Part shown: positions 42,894-56,100 of the stretch, piece after piece | Position numbering within the stretch: the first letter of the stretch is position 1 | How the letters are laid out: each line of letters starts with the position of its first letter | DNA from: Paraspadella gotoi | Taxonomy: Eukaryota; Animalia; Chaetognatha | Reading direction: 5' to 3' | Assembly: GCA_051294375.1 (NCBI GenBank) | Contig: CM119267.1 | Coordinates: forward strand, 10,973,045 to 11,037,044 | DNA length: 64,000 bases | Program-made: the position numbers and the translations under genes | Notes under the pieces: generated by a model | Told to the model about the DNA's origin: nothing | The model's database searches: none | What the model saw: the letters and a program-made list of their open reading frames with translations, nothing else

Positions 42894-45800
42894 TGCCTTC
42901 AACTTGTGCGTCTTTCTCTTGTCGCTCGTGGCCTCATCGGTCCATGCACCGATTACAGGTACATTGGCCACATTATCGAAAAAATGTCGCTCTGTGAATC
43001 CTCTTTTGTATTTTAAATTGTTAGAAACCGACTGATACGTACTATTGTTCACTAATGTAGTATCACTGGAAAATTGGAAAGAGAAGCGAGTGGAGGGGGA
43101 GGCCCGGCGGAGGGTTGAAGAGTATGAAAAAAAAAGACGAAAGTTCTAGTGAGAAATAAAATACTTAAGGGAGTGGTCTTTTCATACAATTGAAACATTC
43201 TTTGAAATATTATGCCACTTCATTGATATGGAAGCCTGGTACTCTGGGAGTGAATAAGTAAGACTGTGAGAGATCTTGATTGAAAGCTTGCAGGGACCTG
43301 TTAAGTCATATCTTGCAAGGAGTGATGGAGGCCTTAAACCACCAAAGCCTGTCCAAATGAAATTGGATAATTTTTATATTGGTTGTACCAATTTCATAAA
43401 TAAATTCAGAGTTTTGAATACAAATTTGTTACGTCCCACAGGTGCAACTACGGCGCCAATTGTGTAGTGGCCAATGGGGAACCCACGTGCAAATGTCCGA
43501 CGTGTTCGGAGGAGTTTAATCCCGTATGCGGTAGCGACGGATACTCGTACACGAATGAATGCAAACTCAGGTAGAAAACTCTCACTTGATCCCACAATTG
43601 CCGCAAGAATCCCGAGCAATATATCTTTTTTTATTTTTTTGTTTTGTGTTTTTATATAGATACGAGAGCTGCACTCAACAAAAAGAAATAATCGTTGAAA
43701 GGAACGGTTTCTGCAATCGATGCGAAAAGATGAACTGCGACTTCTATTCCATCTGTCAGTCCAAGGAAAAGGTAATATATTTAAGGTTTTATTGAACTTT
43801 TGAGTTTTGATGTACTCATCCAGTTCAAAATAATAAAATGTGAGGCTTAATGAATAAGCCGGCAGATGTTACCGAAAAATATTATGTTTCAGGATAAGGC
43901 GGAATGCGTTTGCCCGTCAAGTTGCGAGCCGCTAGACGCCCGAGTCTGCGGAAGCGACGGTATCACTTACCCGAACGAGTGCGAACTCAAAGTGGCATCT
44001 TGCAAGCAACAGAAGTACATTCAACTCAAGAGCCACGGATCGTGCGACATCTGCATGCACTGCAAGTTTCAGGTTTGCTGTTTTCAAAAAAAATATTTGA
44101 TGATGATCTATGTATGAATATAAGGAAAGGCAAACTACAATAAATATATTTATAAAAATAAAAACTTTTTAGGGAGCTAAATGTGAAAATGGAAGATGCA
44201 TTTGTCCTAAAGTCTGTCCCATGGATTTTAATCCGGTCTGTGGAAGCGACGGACAGACACACAGGTAAAATAACAGCTATTGATTGTGAAAACCAATACA
44301 TAGGGCGCAAAACGGGAAGGGGGAAAATTAACTTTAAAAAGCTGCCTTGTCTTATTTTTTGGTCGGTCCGTAAATTCATGATACGTCAGGTCGGAATGCG
44401 AAATGATGCGTGCTGCTTGCTTGAGGAACACGGACTTGACTGTCGTTCACGAAGGAGAGTGCGACCCTTCACGATTTAGCGGAAACAAGTGAGAATCTAA
44501 TAGTTTGTAATGACCAATATACGCTCATGTGCAAAAAAAAGCGATACTTTATAACTTTAAATTCCAATTTATAAAAATCATTAAAAAAATTATATAAGAA
44601 AACTAAATTCTATAAAAAAGGGAATAATGTATTTAAATTTTATTACAATCGGTCAAGTGGTTTAGGAGATATGATTTTTTTAAACTTTTTAAAACCAAAT
44701 GGGAAAATCGATTTTTAAGCTTCAGAATCATATACCTATTATTTATCGTATCTTTTAATAACCTTAAAATTATTATTTAGGGATCTGGGTCAATCCAATT
44801 ATCCAGCTATCCCTCCGAATATCCAAAATAATTTTTGTTATTTTTAATCTACTATAAGGAATGCAAAATATTTTAAATTTATCAGATTTTTTTACATTGA
44901 GCTTTATGGTAGAGTACTTCATTTTAAAAAATTACTGCTCCGAAATGGATAGCCCGATTTTAATAAAATTTATGCCAAACTTATTATATTTCAATAAACT
45001 TTAATTCATTTTTAAAATCTTTTTATAGTATGATAGTATGATTTTTAAAGTCGGAAATAAAGTTACGCGATTTTTTTTCACATGACTGTACCGATCATCT
45101 ATGCCTATAAGTAATATTTACTAAAACTCTCAAAATTTGCAGTTATAATTGCGACTCGAGCAATTGCGGTTTCGGCGGTCGATGCGTCCCCAACGAGGCG
45201 GCTCCAGGACGGCGACGCTGCCTATGTGATTTTGACTGCGAACGAATTCAAGACGACACAACCATTTGCGGATCTGACGGACGAACCTACAAAAACAATT
45301 GTCAGGTTGGCTCGGGGTAGTTGTGATAGGCAAGAAACCGCACCGAGGGTCACTTTGCTGACCCAGTGGCTAAAAAGGGGTTGAATATATTATCATCATT
45401 TTGAGCATCACAGTAGAACCCTAAGCCATAATAACATTAAAACATTAAAACATACAGCCGTCACGTTTATTTTTTGTTTAACCTTCTTGTCAACTATATA
45501 ATCAGATGCGGCAACAATCATGTCGCGCTCAGCGAGTCATCGTGAGACGGCCGATGGAAACCTGCAAAGTTTCTGACGCCAATGAAGCCCCCTGCAACGG
45601 GGACACGCCCATCAAAGATCCCTCGACGGGGCGTGATCTCCAATGCCGCGGAGTTAGCAAAGCTTGCCCACTTGGTACAGATGAGTCAGATGGGTCATGG
45701 TGAAAAAAAACCTTTTTTTTTTCAATCCACTTTTGTTTTAAAGGGAGCTATTGCCATCGACCTCCCCACGGAGGTTTTGCCAAATGCTGTCCACGATCGA

Positions 45801-48800
45801 GATCATCCTTTAATTCCGGCGTCCGGCGGGTTTCCTGCGCCGACACTCACTTCGGATGTTGTCCGGATGGTGCGACCACAGCCCCGGCGGCCGGAAGGGC
45901 TGGTTGCCCGAGCACCTGCAAATGCAACAAACTTGGTGCGTAAGAATATCTTGTTAATCAATCAATCAATCAATTTGCATATATCGATACCGTATGATAA
46001 ATCATTCTTTTAATAAATAACGCTCTCGATCGATCAAAAAGCCCAAGAACATGTTCGTTCTCGATTAATTCCCTCAAGGGTCTTACGTTGGTACTTGCGA
46101 CCCTCTAACGAACCACTGCTTTTGCAAGCCGGGCGTGGGCGGGGCAAAGTGCGACCGTTGCGAGCCGGGTTTCTTCGGACTTCCGCTCATCGCCCGAGGG
46201 AGACCAGGCTGCTCGCCCTGCTCCTGCAACCCGTTCGGCTCCAATCGACAAGACTGCGAACAGGTTATCTCGGCTAAACCAAAAAAATTATCGAGATTTC
46301 ATTTACTTCATTGTTTTTATTTTATTTTCAAAGATGTCAGGGAGGTGCGTGTGCAAACACGGCGTGACCGGATTGAAATGCGACAGGCGAGTTTTCCGTT
46401 TAGCAAAATGAAGAACAATATTTTGTTGTTACAACCTCTTTTATTTAATCAAAAGATGTTTGAACGGTCTGACGTTGGGTCCGGGAGGTTGCGCCGGTCC
46501 TCCAGCAGTCGCGTTCCGCACCTGCTCGTCGATGCGATGTCAGTTCGGTTCCAGGTGTCGAGAATCGCAAGGGAGAGCGGAATGCACTTGCGAAGATATC
46601 TGTCTCCAACCAGCGTTGACCGGTAATTTATTACTTTTTTTGTATTTCTGATTAACCACTTGTTATGTGGCGACTGCGAATCATTTTTGAAAACTAATCC
46701 TTTCATTTGTCCATTATATAGATTTAGTTTTTTAACCGATCCTAAGCTAAGTAACTCTTTCGCAGTTTTGTACGAAGAATATGAAAATAATTTACTAAAA
46801 ACTACAGGCAATGGATTCAACCACATGGTATGCGGTTCGGATGGGAGAAGTTACATCTCTGAATGCCAAATGAGGATATTTGGTTGCAATCTGAAAGCGC
46901 CACTTCAAGTCACTAAGCGGGGGCATTGCAAGCCGTCGTTCCAGGCACCGCCTTTCGTGACAACGCCGAAGACTTCGGGCAGCACCAAGTCGACGGTCAC
47001 GCGCTCTATTTCATCTTCTACATTCGCAACAACTAGGTTCACCAGGTTGGTAGATACATATATTTTATTAAATTTTGTTGCGGAGAATATTTATTGTTTA
47101 AATAACGAGTATAATAAAGAAGAAAAAAAAGAATCAATCAATAAATCAATCAATGAATCAATAAATCGATCTGTCGAATCTATATCTCGATAAAAATAAC
47201 ATCCGTAATATAAGATTTAATACGGGATTGCTTTATTGCTTTATTGCTTTACAATAATATATTTTATTCTAGAGCGACGACGGTTTCGCCCCAGAAACCT
47301 CCTCAGGTGGTGACACTCGCTGGCGCTGGAAATCCTTGTTTGTCACAACCGTGTCAGTATGGCGGAACTTGCATACAAGTATTAATTAGTTTGTCTACAT
47401 TAAGGATTCCCAGGGTTCTTATTTTAATCCTCCAACATTGAATCTAAAGGACAATATGTTTGGTTACCGATGCGTTTGTCCTGCCGGACGTGGCGGAACA
47501 TCCTGTTCACAGGAGTTGCGTATCATGGTTCCGTCATTTGGCGGGAGCAGCTATCTCGAGTTCGAAAATATCCTGGCAGGATCCATTGTCACCGTCGAGA
47601 TAGAATTTCGAACTCTCAACAACGAAGGGATCATCCTTTACAATGGCCAATACTCATCCGGTGAGGGGGAGAGAGAGAGGGGAGAGACAGACAGAAAGAC
47701 ATAGAGAAAAGAAGAGATATATTTTTTTTCCCAATTGTTTTGAATATTTTTTTCATGACCACAGGCCAGGGCGATTTCATCTCACTTTCCATCAACGGCG
47801 GGTTCGTTGAGTTCCGGTTTAATTTGGGCTCAAGTCCTGTCGTTGTTCGCTCATCGAAAAAAATAGAATTGAAAAAATTTCATCATATTGTCGCTAAACT
47901 ACACAATCAAGTTGGAGTATTACAGCTGTATCGTGAAAACAATGTTTTCGACGAAAAAAGGGCCTCATCTGACAAAATGCTAACCATGCTAGATTTACAA
48001 GTAACTTAAAAAACTTTTCATAAAGCAATTAAAAATAATATTAGTATTACAAACATTAAATTAATAAAATTTGTGGGCACAAATTTTATTAATTTAATTT
48101 TGTAAAAATAACAATACCTTGCCTGCAGGAGAACCTCTTTCTTGGTTTTGTTCCCAACGCTCCTCCTCTCGTATACAAGAACATTGGGGTTACATCTGGC
48201 CTGGTTGGTTGTATAAAATTCTTCAAAATCAATGATAAAACATACAGCTTAAACTATCCCGATTCAAACGACATACTGGGCGGCGCTGAAATCGGACCTT
48301 TATGCTCTCAGCCTTTAAATCCTTGCAGGTGAGAACCCAAATGGCAAATAGTAACTGAGTAATAAAATACCCGAAATAAATTGTTTTCCTTTAATAATTC
48401 CTTTCATCCAGCTCAAATCCTTGCCACAATGGGGCCACCTGTACATCATTACCGCAAGGTGGATTCATGTGCAAATGTCCGATCGGAAGAATTGGTCGAT
48501 TATGTGAGGAAATGATACCTCAGCTGGAGTCCGTCTTTATACCATCTTTCAACGGAAGGTATGAAATATTTGTAAAACTCAAATATGTTATACTGATATA
48601 CCATAGTTCTTTTTAATCACGGCAATAACCATGACTCTATAAGATATGTTTTGTTGAATTGTAAACTGTACAATTTATGCGTTTATCTGTAATGCTGTAT
48701 GCCCTTTTGAATGTACTGTTTCAACTAATTGTTGTAAACGAATAAAACACATATATAAGACGCATTGCTGTTTGTCGGTAAAATTTATCACGGCGACTAA

Positions 48801-50783
48801 ATCAGGGGTTTTGAAAACCGTTTTCAAAGATCCAATGAGAGTTCTGCGCATGTGACATGAAAAACTCAGTGATGAAATGAATTAAATAATGCCGTGACTA
48901 TGGTTCAGTCGAAGACTGTCCATTGGTCTTTTTTTAAATTCTAAGTAAAGTAAAAGTTAAATAATGGTGCTTCCTATTAGATCCTACATTGAGCGACCAC
49001 AGATGGAAGGAAACATCGGTCATGCTTTATCAGTGGAGGTTTGGTTTAAAGCAACGATGCCGAATGGCGTTATATTTTACACTGGACAAATGAGCAACGG
49101 TATACTGTATTTGTATTAAGATTTTTTTTCCTTCATGTATATCATTAAAGATTTTATTTATATTTAAAGGAAGAGGCGATTTCATCTCATTAAACTTGAT
49201 TGACGGTTATTTGGATTATCGCTATAACCTAGGAAGCGGTCCGGCTTCTATTCGAAGCGTAAAGGTGATAAATGTAGAATAAATATGGAAATTTAAACAC
49301 CTGTTTTCTAAAATTAATGTTCTATTTATTTCAGCCCATCAATATGAACTCATGGCATTCCGTTCGCGTGGACAGATTAAACAGTGAAGGCAACATGATA
49401 ATAGACAGCCGACGGCCCATCACTGGACATTCACAAGGAGCTCTCAATGAACTAAATCTCAATCAACCTTTCTATGTTGGAGGCGTAAAGGAAAGATATG
49501 AAGGATTACGCTAGATAGTTTTAAATATTTGATTTTGCGTTTGTTTACCGAAATTCGTTCTGGTTTCTGCAGGACTATGCTGCAATCGCGAAAGACGCAA
49601 AAATTACAACGGGCTTCACTGGGGCGATACAACGACTCATCATCAACGGTTATGCGCTTGAGGATATTCGAGAAGGAACCACCGACATTTACAATGTTGT
49701 TCGGTACCGCGGGCCCCCTTGCGATACGAATCCCTGTCAGAACGGGGGAGTTTGTGTTCCGAAACTGGAAAAGTTCGAGTGCCGATGCCCAACTCAATAC
49801 GATGGAAGGTGAAGATACAAAATTATTCTGATTATACTTTGAAAAGTTGAAAAGTTTTCTTTATTTGCACAACGAGAATTGTACTGTATTTACAACAATA
49901 ATAAACGTAACTAGTCAAGCGAACTCACTAACTTAAGAAATGATAAATTTATTAGTTTAAAAATTAAATTCATGGACGCCTTGTAGTTTTTTATTGACAA
50001 AAAAAATAACTAAAGCGAGTGAATGATCTTTTTCCCAGATTATGCACACGTATGCGAGAAGAACGCGATGTAGTTTCATCGGCTCTTCAACGGCCGGTGA
50101 TGTTTCCTGGAGACGTTGGTTACTCTTATCTCAACAAAATAACATACAGTGAACGGGAGGAACAGAGAAATAAATATCAAATCTCTTTCCAAACGAAAAA
50201 ACCCGATGGCGTCCTCCTCTTTCTCTCTGAGGCGCCGAGGATAGAGCCCTGGACGGGATTCGAAGCAGACGAGAACGCCACCACCGACTTTTTTCGTCTT
50301 TTCCTTGAGAAGGGCGTTGTTCGCCTCGAAGCAAGACTAGCGCGGGTCATCGACGGAACGCCTCGGGTCACTCGTCACGTGCTCGAGTCGAATGCACGGG
50401 TCGACGATGGGGCGTGGCACGTGGTCACGGCTTACCGCGAGAAGTCTGTGGCGGAGTTGCAGGTCGACGACGGGGACGTCATCGTCTCAATCGCGACGCC
50501 GGCGTCAGTGGCCGCGAGCGTCGGCGTCGTCACTCAGAGCGCCGCGGAGACGGAAACGTTGAGAAGCGACGGTGTGTTGTGGGTCGGAGGCGGTGCGAGG
50601 CCGCTCGATGCCGAGTCGCCTTTCTTCCAGGGATGCGTAAAAAAACTACTTGTGGAGGATCAAGTTTTAGCGCTCGATCACGACCGGAAGAAAAGGCCAT
50701 GGCTTCTTTGGGACGAAGGAACGCCCCCCGCTGAAATGAAGAAAAAGTTTGAACGCCCTCTTAGATATTGTAACAGAGCGTGA
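42894..50783 (+). CDS. AGRN: Agrin-like proteoglycan: 5 follistatin/Kazal, Cys-rich modules, 2 laminin-EGF, S/T-rich, 3 EGF, 3 laminin-G; start uncertain
   Basis: Repeated VCGSDG..Y.NEC Kazal motifs, FGCCPDG...[38 protein letters not shown]...FRFNLGS LamG motifs and YLNKITYSE at the LG3 start; more than 20 in-frame exons ending at TGA 50783. Confidence 0.92.
43207..43398 (-). mobile_element. Fragment of the 2326-2551 MITE family in an agrin intron
   Basis: gatggaggccttaaaccaccaaagcctgtccaaa...ggataatttttatattggttgtaccaatttcata matches the foldback arm; the inner part matches 51859-51929. Confidence 0.75.
44520..45090. mobile_element. Second, shorter, inverted copy of the Tc1/mariner-type MITE
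   Basis: TA-CGCTCATGTGCAAAAA ... TCACATGACTG-TA; shares blocks such as tatgccaaacttatta and tttaaagtcggaaata with 33694-34836. Confidence 0.8.
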
Positions 50784-51755
50784 ACGGAAGGTGACATAAT
50801 CACAATGTTATTAATGTTAATTTCGCTTTAAAAAAAATTTAGATTTAACAAATTTTATTAAATTTTTTTCGTTAACATTCTGACCGGATTTAAAGCTTCA
50901 GCAATTGGATAAATTTCGTACATGCTCAGTTGCTAAGAGGCTTAAGTCATAAACATAAAAAAGTTATATGTTTGATGTTGTAATTAAAAATATAGCCGTA
51001 TCATGCACGTCTTGTTAAAACATACTCATGTGATTTTGGGACTTTCGTTAATCCTATACGTATGTATCAATATTTTTTTTCATTCCTTCAATGAGCCGCG
51101 GCATTTTGGAATTTTTCATAAAATTTCAACATTGTATTGTTTCCTAAATTACTACTCTGGCTTTAGTTACATCCTCATTCTTTAATAATGTAATGTTGTA
51201 TTAATGGTTTACTTATTTTTAAAAAACTGGACAAAACTTACGAAAAATTACCGACTCACTTAATAAATTTATATATTTATGATCTATTAAATTTTGTTTT
51301 TACCCTTATTTTTCGTGCGATGACAAAATTAAATGTTTAATTGAATTTTATTTTTTTAGGTTTTTTAAGGTTTTTATTAAATAATAAAGAAATTTTGATT
51401 GATTGACTGATTGGTCGGTATCGACTGAAGTTCTGAGAGCAGATGATGTACATGTAGAATACCGATGAATCGTGTAAAAGAATAGCGGAATAAAAGTGGT
51501 TCATTTACATTGCAAGAAGTTTAATAATTAAATGTTGATAAGCAATTTAAAGATGCGATAAAGTCACTTCTTCATTGAGGTTTCATTGAGGTTAGCATTA
51601 TGATCATATAGTAACTATTTTTGGCTCTCACTTACTTCACGTTTGAATTCTTTTGGGATTTTAAGGAAGCTCGTTTAAAGCCGTTTTGGCAATATTTAAC
51701 ACTATTTATGCCCTATCAAGTAAGAAGTATACAATGTAAATGTTACCCTTTTGGG

Positions 51756-51929
51756 TATGAAATTGGTGCAACCAATATAATAATTATCCATTCACTTCAG
51801 TAAACTATCTTGACACTGACTTTGTACAGGCTATAGGCTATATGATATCGCAGGACACTGCAAGCTTTCCACCGAAAGTCACAGTACCTCGCTTCCCTCT
51901 CAATGAAGACTGAAGTGGGATAATATTTT
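51756..51929 (+). mobile_element. Third fragment of the 2326-2551 MITE family
   Basis: tatgaaattggtgcaaccaatataataattatccattca...ctgactttgtacaggct. Confidence 0.7.
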
Positions 51930-53190
51930 GGCTAAATTTTACTTTCGAAAGTAAAAGTAAACCAATATTTTTATGAGCTGTTCCAATTGTATAATTAAGG
52001 AAGACTACCTTAATTATTAGATCGGAGAATACTTAGCTGACTGGTATTGAAATTACCATCTAACAAATTCGAAATTAAATCTCGATATTGATTGTATAGA
52101 CTTCCTTTGTTCGCAGTCGCGTTTCGTGACACGTCGAACGGAAATCCAACCATCGGTCCTCCGGTGTCCTCGACTCTTAAGTCTCGGATGTCTTGGCGAC
52201 TGTCTGCGGAATCAGCTGATTCTCTTGGCCCTTGGGCCAGGGCGAGCGCCCATTGGATGCGAGGGCGGCGGATGGTTGCTCGAGGAAGAGGAGGAGAGGA
52301 GATAGGAGGAAGAGGAAGACTGGGAAAGTCTGGCGTGACGAGGAAGAGGGAAGAGCGACTCGGCCAGCCCAGCGCAGCACTTTCATCCGGATTCCCTTTC
52401 TTGAGCACGAGACCCGGATGTTCGCGCACGCACTCTCTCCCGTTTTTTTCTTCCCCGAAGTAATTCATTATTCTGCGCTATTTCTGCCCGTCGTTTACGT
52501 CCGACGTCTTCGGCCATAAGTTCTTCGGGTTACGCCCCGATCTCCGTTCGCGTACATTCGTCATCACCGATCTCTCATAACTGAATACTCGTACACCTTG
52601 CGCTTCCAGACGTCGTAAAGTAGATGTGCGGTGTTCAGCTTGGCGCAAACAGCTTGCTGTTCGTGATGCCCCTTCTTTTCACGTCCGACATTTACAGACA
52701 TTCAACTCGGACTTTTTTCAATTTTTTATTGAAATATTTAAAAATGTTAGGACCCGCCGGTCCGTCCTCCTATAACGCCCCCGAGAATACTTTTTGTTTT
52801 CGCTACTATCTTGTAGATTTTCGACACCGTTATTGAAATCAGTTTTTGAGTTGCGTACATTTTTAAATACATTTGTATTGGTTGTACATATTTCTTCGAA
52901 GCAGCAAACAAAGCATATATATATTATTATTCTTACATTTAATGATGCTAGTTATGTTTAGGAAAATATACTCTTTCCTTTTTTCACGTTTATACTACAT
53001 TTAAAATTTGATGCTTTAATGATCGGAACCTGCACAATTTCAACAAGATCGTCTGAACTCAAAATTGAAATAATTTCGTTTGCTTTTTTCCTGCTTTTTT
53101 ATTTTTATTAACCTTTAAAAAAGAATTGCCATTTTTTACAGGTTTTGTCGTAAGTCAATGTGATGGTTCGCTTCCGTGTTGATCGAGCAT

Positions 53191-56100
53191 ATGGCCGAGA
53201 CATGTGAGATGTCAGCGGGGGAAGGGCTTCAGTCAAATACACTTCACGAATCCAGTACAGAAAGAAAACGCGACGTATCGAATAAAAGTTCGCAAGACAC
53301 CTCCTCTGGGAACGCTTCCGTCTCTGTAAGGGCATCGAGGCCCCGTTCCTCCCAATCGAAAAAAAACATCACGAAATCACTCGCTAAGAAAAGGTCCGCT
53401 TCGCCTGACGCGGAAGTTGGCCAGACTTCTTCGAACTCCAGCAAAAAACGCTCCAAAGCCGGGAACAGCGAAATTAGTGATACCAAACGCGCACCGAGAA
53501 GATCGCTTCGTCTGATTAATAAAAACAAATCTCGAGAAAGAGAGGAAAGTGACAAGGCTTCCTCATCGACGTCGACGCTGGAGGAGCAAAGACCTTCTCG
53601 TGCAGGAAAGAAGATTTCGCAATCACTCGATTCGAAGAAATCAAATCAGAAAGGTCAAAACCTAAATGCATACGTAAATTCAAACGCTCATGATTCCGGG
53701 CCCACTATATTGCCTGCTTTGGGAGAACCTAGCACAGGAAGAAGACTTACTCGTTCTTTAAGTAAACGTCGGGATTCAGAAAATACGGATAGCTCTCCTG
53801 ATCAACTACCGCAGTTGAGAGACGCTGTTCCATCAACCAGCGCTGAACAAATAAGAAAAAATAATTTAGAAACTAAAGCATCCACTTCTTCGAGATCAAA
53901 AAACCTCTCTAAAAAAGAGCCTAAAGAAAGAAATTTGAGAAATCACAGTCGTTTATTAAGGAATTCTGAATCAAACTTACCGGCCTCTGGAGGCTCCACA
54001 GCCGGCAGCACAACGGGCACTTGCGCAAGCAGTCGGGGTCGGAGCAGTCAGGGAAGTCAGGCGTTCCCTGCTTCTGCTTCAAAGAGAAACAGCATTACTC
54101 AAAGCGAGGGTGGTGCCGATTCGAACTCTTTGAGAAGGTCTTCAGCTCTAACAGATAACACCGTTTCAGTCAGAGCTTCTAATATAGGGTCGTCACAAAG
54201 CTCTCAGAGTGCAGGCAGTAGTAGTGGTGGTAATCAGTCGACCTCGAGATTGTCCAAGGGTCCGAGTACAAAAGCTTACTGTTTACGAGGCAAAGCAAGT
54301 GGTACGAGATCATCTCAAAGGGATTCATCGACCGGAGAATCTACTGAAGATCTTCCACAAGAAGAAGGAATGAATAATCAAGATGGCGATAACAGCGGCT
54401 TGAACTCTTCTTCTGGCTCATTAGCTCCTCCCGGGCCCTCGGCCAGAGCATCTTCAACTCGAGATGCTTCCTCGGTCGGTGGGATTCTTCTCGGATCCCT
54501 CTCTTCTGGAGAGGGTGAAGAGAGTGGGGATTCGGAAGTTGGGAGACTTCAGGCTTTGCTGGAAGCCAGAGGTTTACCTCCTCATCTATTTGGCGCATTA
54601 GGACCACGAGTTCACCAGTTATTGCACAGAACGATGGCTCCATCCACAACGTCAAAAGCGCAACAGCTTTTGCAAGGCCTGACTGCGACGGGTGATGAAG
54701 ATACCCAGCTTACTGCGGCTATTGAAATGTGCCAATTGCTTGTCATGGGGAACGAGGACACTTTGGCTGGTTTTCCAGTTAAACAAGTTGTTCCTGCACT
54801 AATAACCTTGCTCCAAATGGAACACAACTTTGACATAATGAACAATGCTTGTCGTTCTTTGACTTACATGATGGAAGCTTTACCACGTTCTTCAGCTGTG
54901 GTCGTAGATGCCATTCCGATCTTCTTAGAAAAACTCCAAGTCATTCAATGCATGGATGTTGCCGAGCAATCATTAACTGCTCTGGAAATGCTCAGTCGTC
55001 GTCATTCAAAAGCAATTTTGCAAGCAGGGGGTATCGCAGCATGTCTAATGTATTTGGATTTCTTTTCTATCACAGCGCAAAGAGCTGCATTAGCCGTCAC
55101 TGCTAATTGCTGTCAAGCAATGGGCCCTGATGAATTTCAATATATATCTCCATCTTTGCCCTTTCTCTCGAGCATTTTAACTAGGCAAGACAAGAAATGT
55201 GTTGAAGCAGTTTGCTCATGTTTTTCAAGGCTTGTTGAAAACTTTCACAGCAACACGAAAGCATTACAAGAAATAGCTGGATACGGTATGCTTGCTAATC
55301 TCCAAAATTTGTTGATTCAGACTCCTGCTATTATCTCCATGTCTACATCTATTACCGTTATTCGTGGAATGGCTACCCTCTGCTCACTTTGTCCTGAAAC
55401 GGCGACACAATTGTTAAAGGATGAAATGGATCTCAGTTTGACTTTTCTAGTTTTGGGTACTTCTGATAGGAAACAACTTGAAGAACGAAAGTCAGATTTT
55501 GAATTAGTTCCGAGGAGTCCTCAAGAATTATATGAAATTACTACATTAATAGGAGAGCTCATGCCACCACTTTCCTCGGATGGAATTTTTAGCATTGACC
55601 AGTTATTATCGAGCAAACATTCTCCTCCGGCCTCAGATTCTGTTTCCAGCGTTTCTTGGCAATGGAAGGATGATCGCGGCCAATGGCACAATTATGCTGG
55701 TGGCGATAACCGTATAATCGAAACTGCGCATCAAGCCGACGAAGATGAAGTATCGCTTAGTATCATGGGAAGAATGTACGTTGTCGACTTCAATACCATG
55801 CAACAAATAAATGAGGCTACAGGAACTCCACGTTCCATTCAAAGAAAAGTGAACCCCACATCTTTAAGTGTGTCCAATAGCGCAACTGATGTAAAGCAAC
55901 CCGATGCTAGAGCTGAGCTTATGAACAGCGATTTCGAGTTGACGACGCGATTTGTGCAAACGTTATTTTTGGTTCTATACCTGATATTAGGCTCCTCTGC
56001 TGGTCCTGCCGTTCGTCATCGGTGCATAAGAGCCATGTTGAGAATGCTATATCATTCGCCGCCTTCCATTTTAAAGATAGTGCTCAGAGACCATGACATT

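Noticed and set aside
52010-52468. 152-aa minus-strand ORF between agrin and TRIP12
   Set aside because: No recognisable domain and a non-ATG-like context; the GC-rich block is better explained as TRIP12 promoter/5' UTR.
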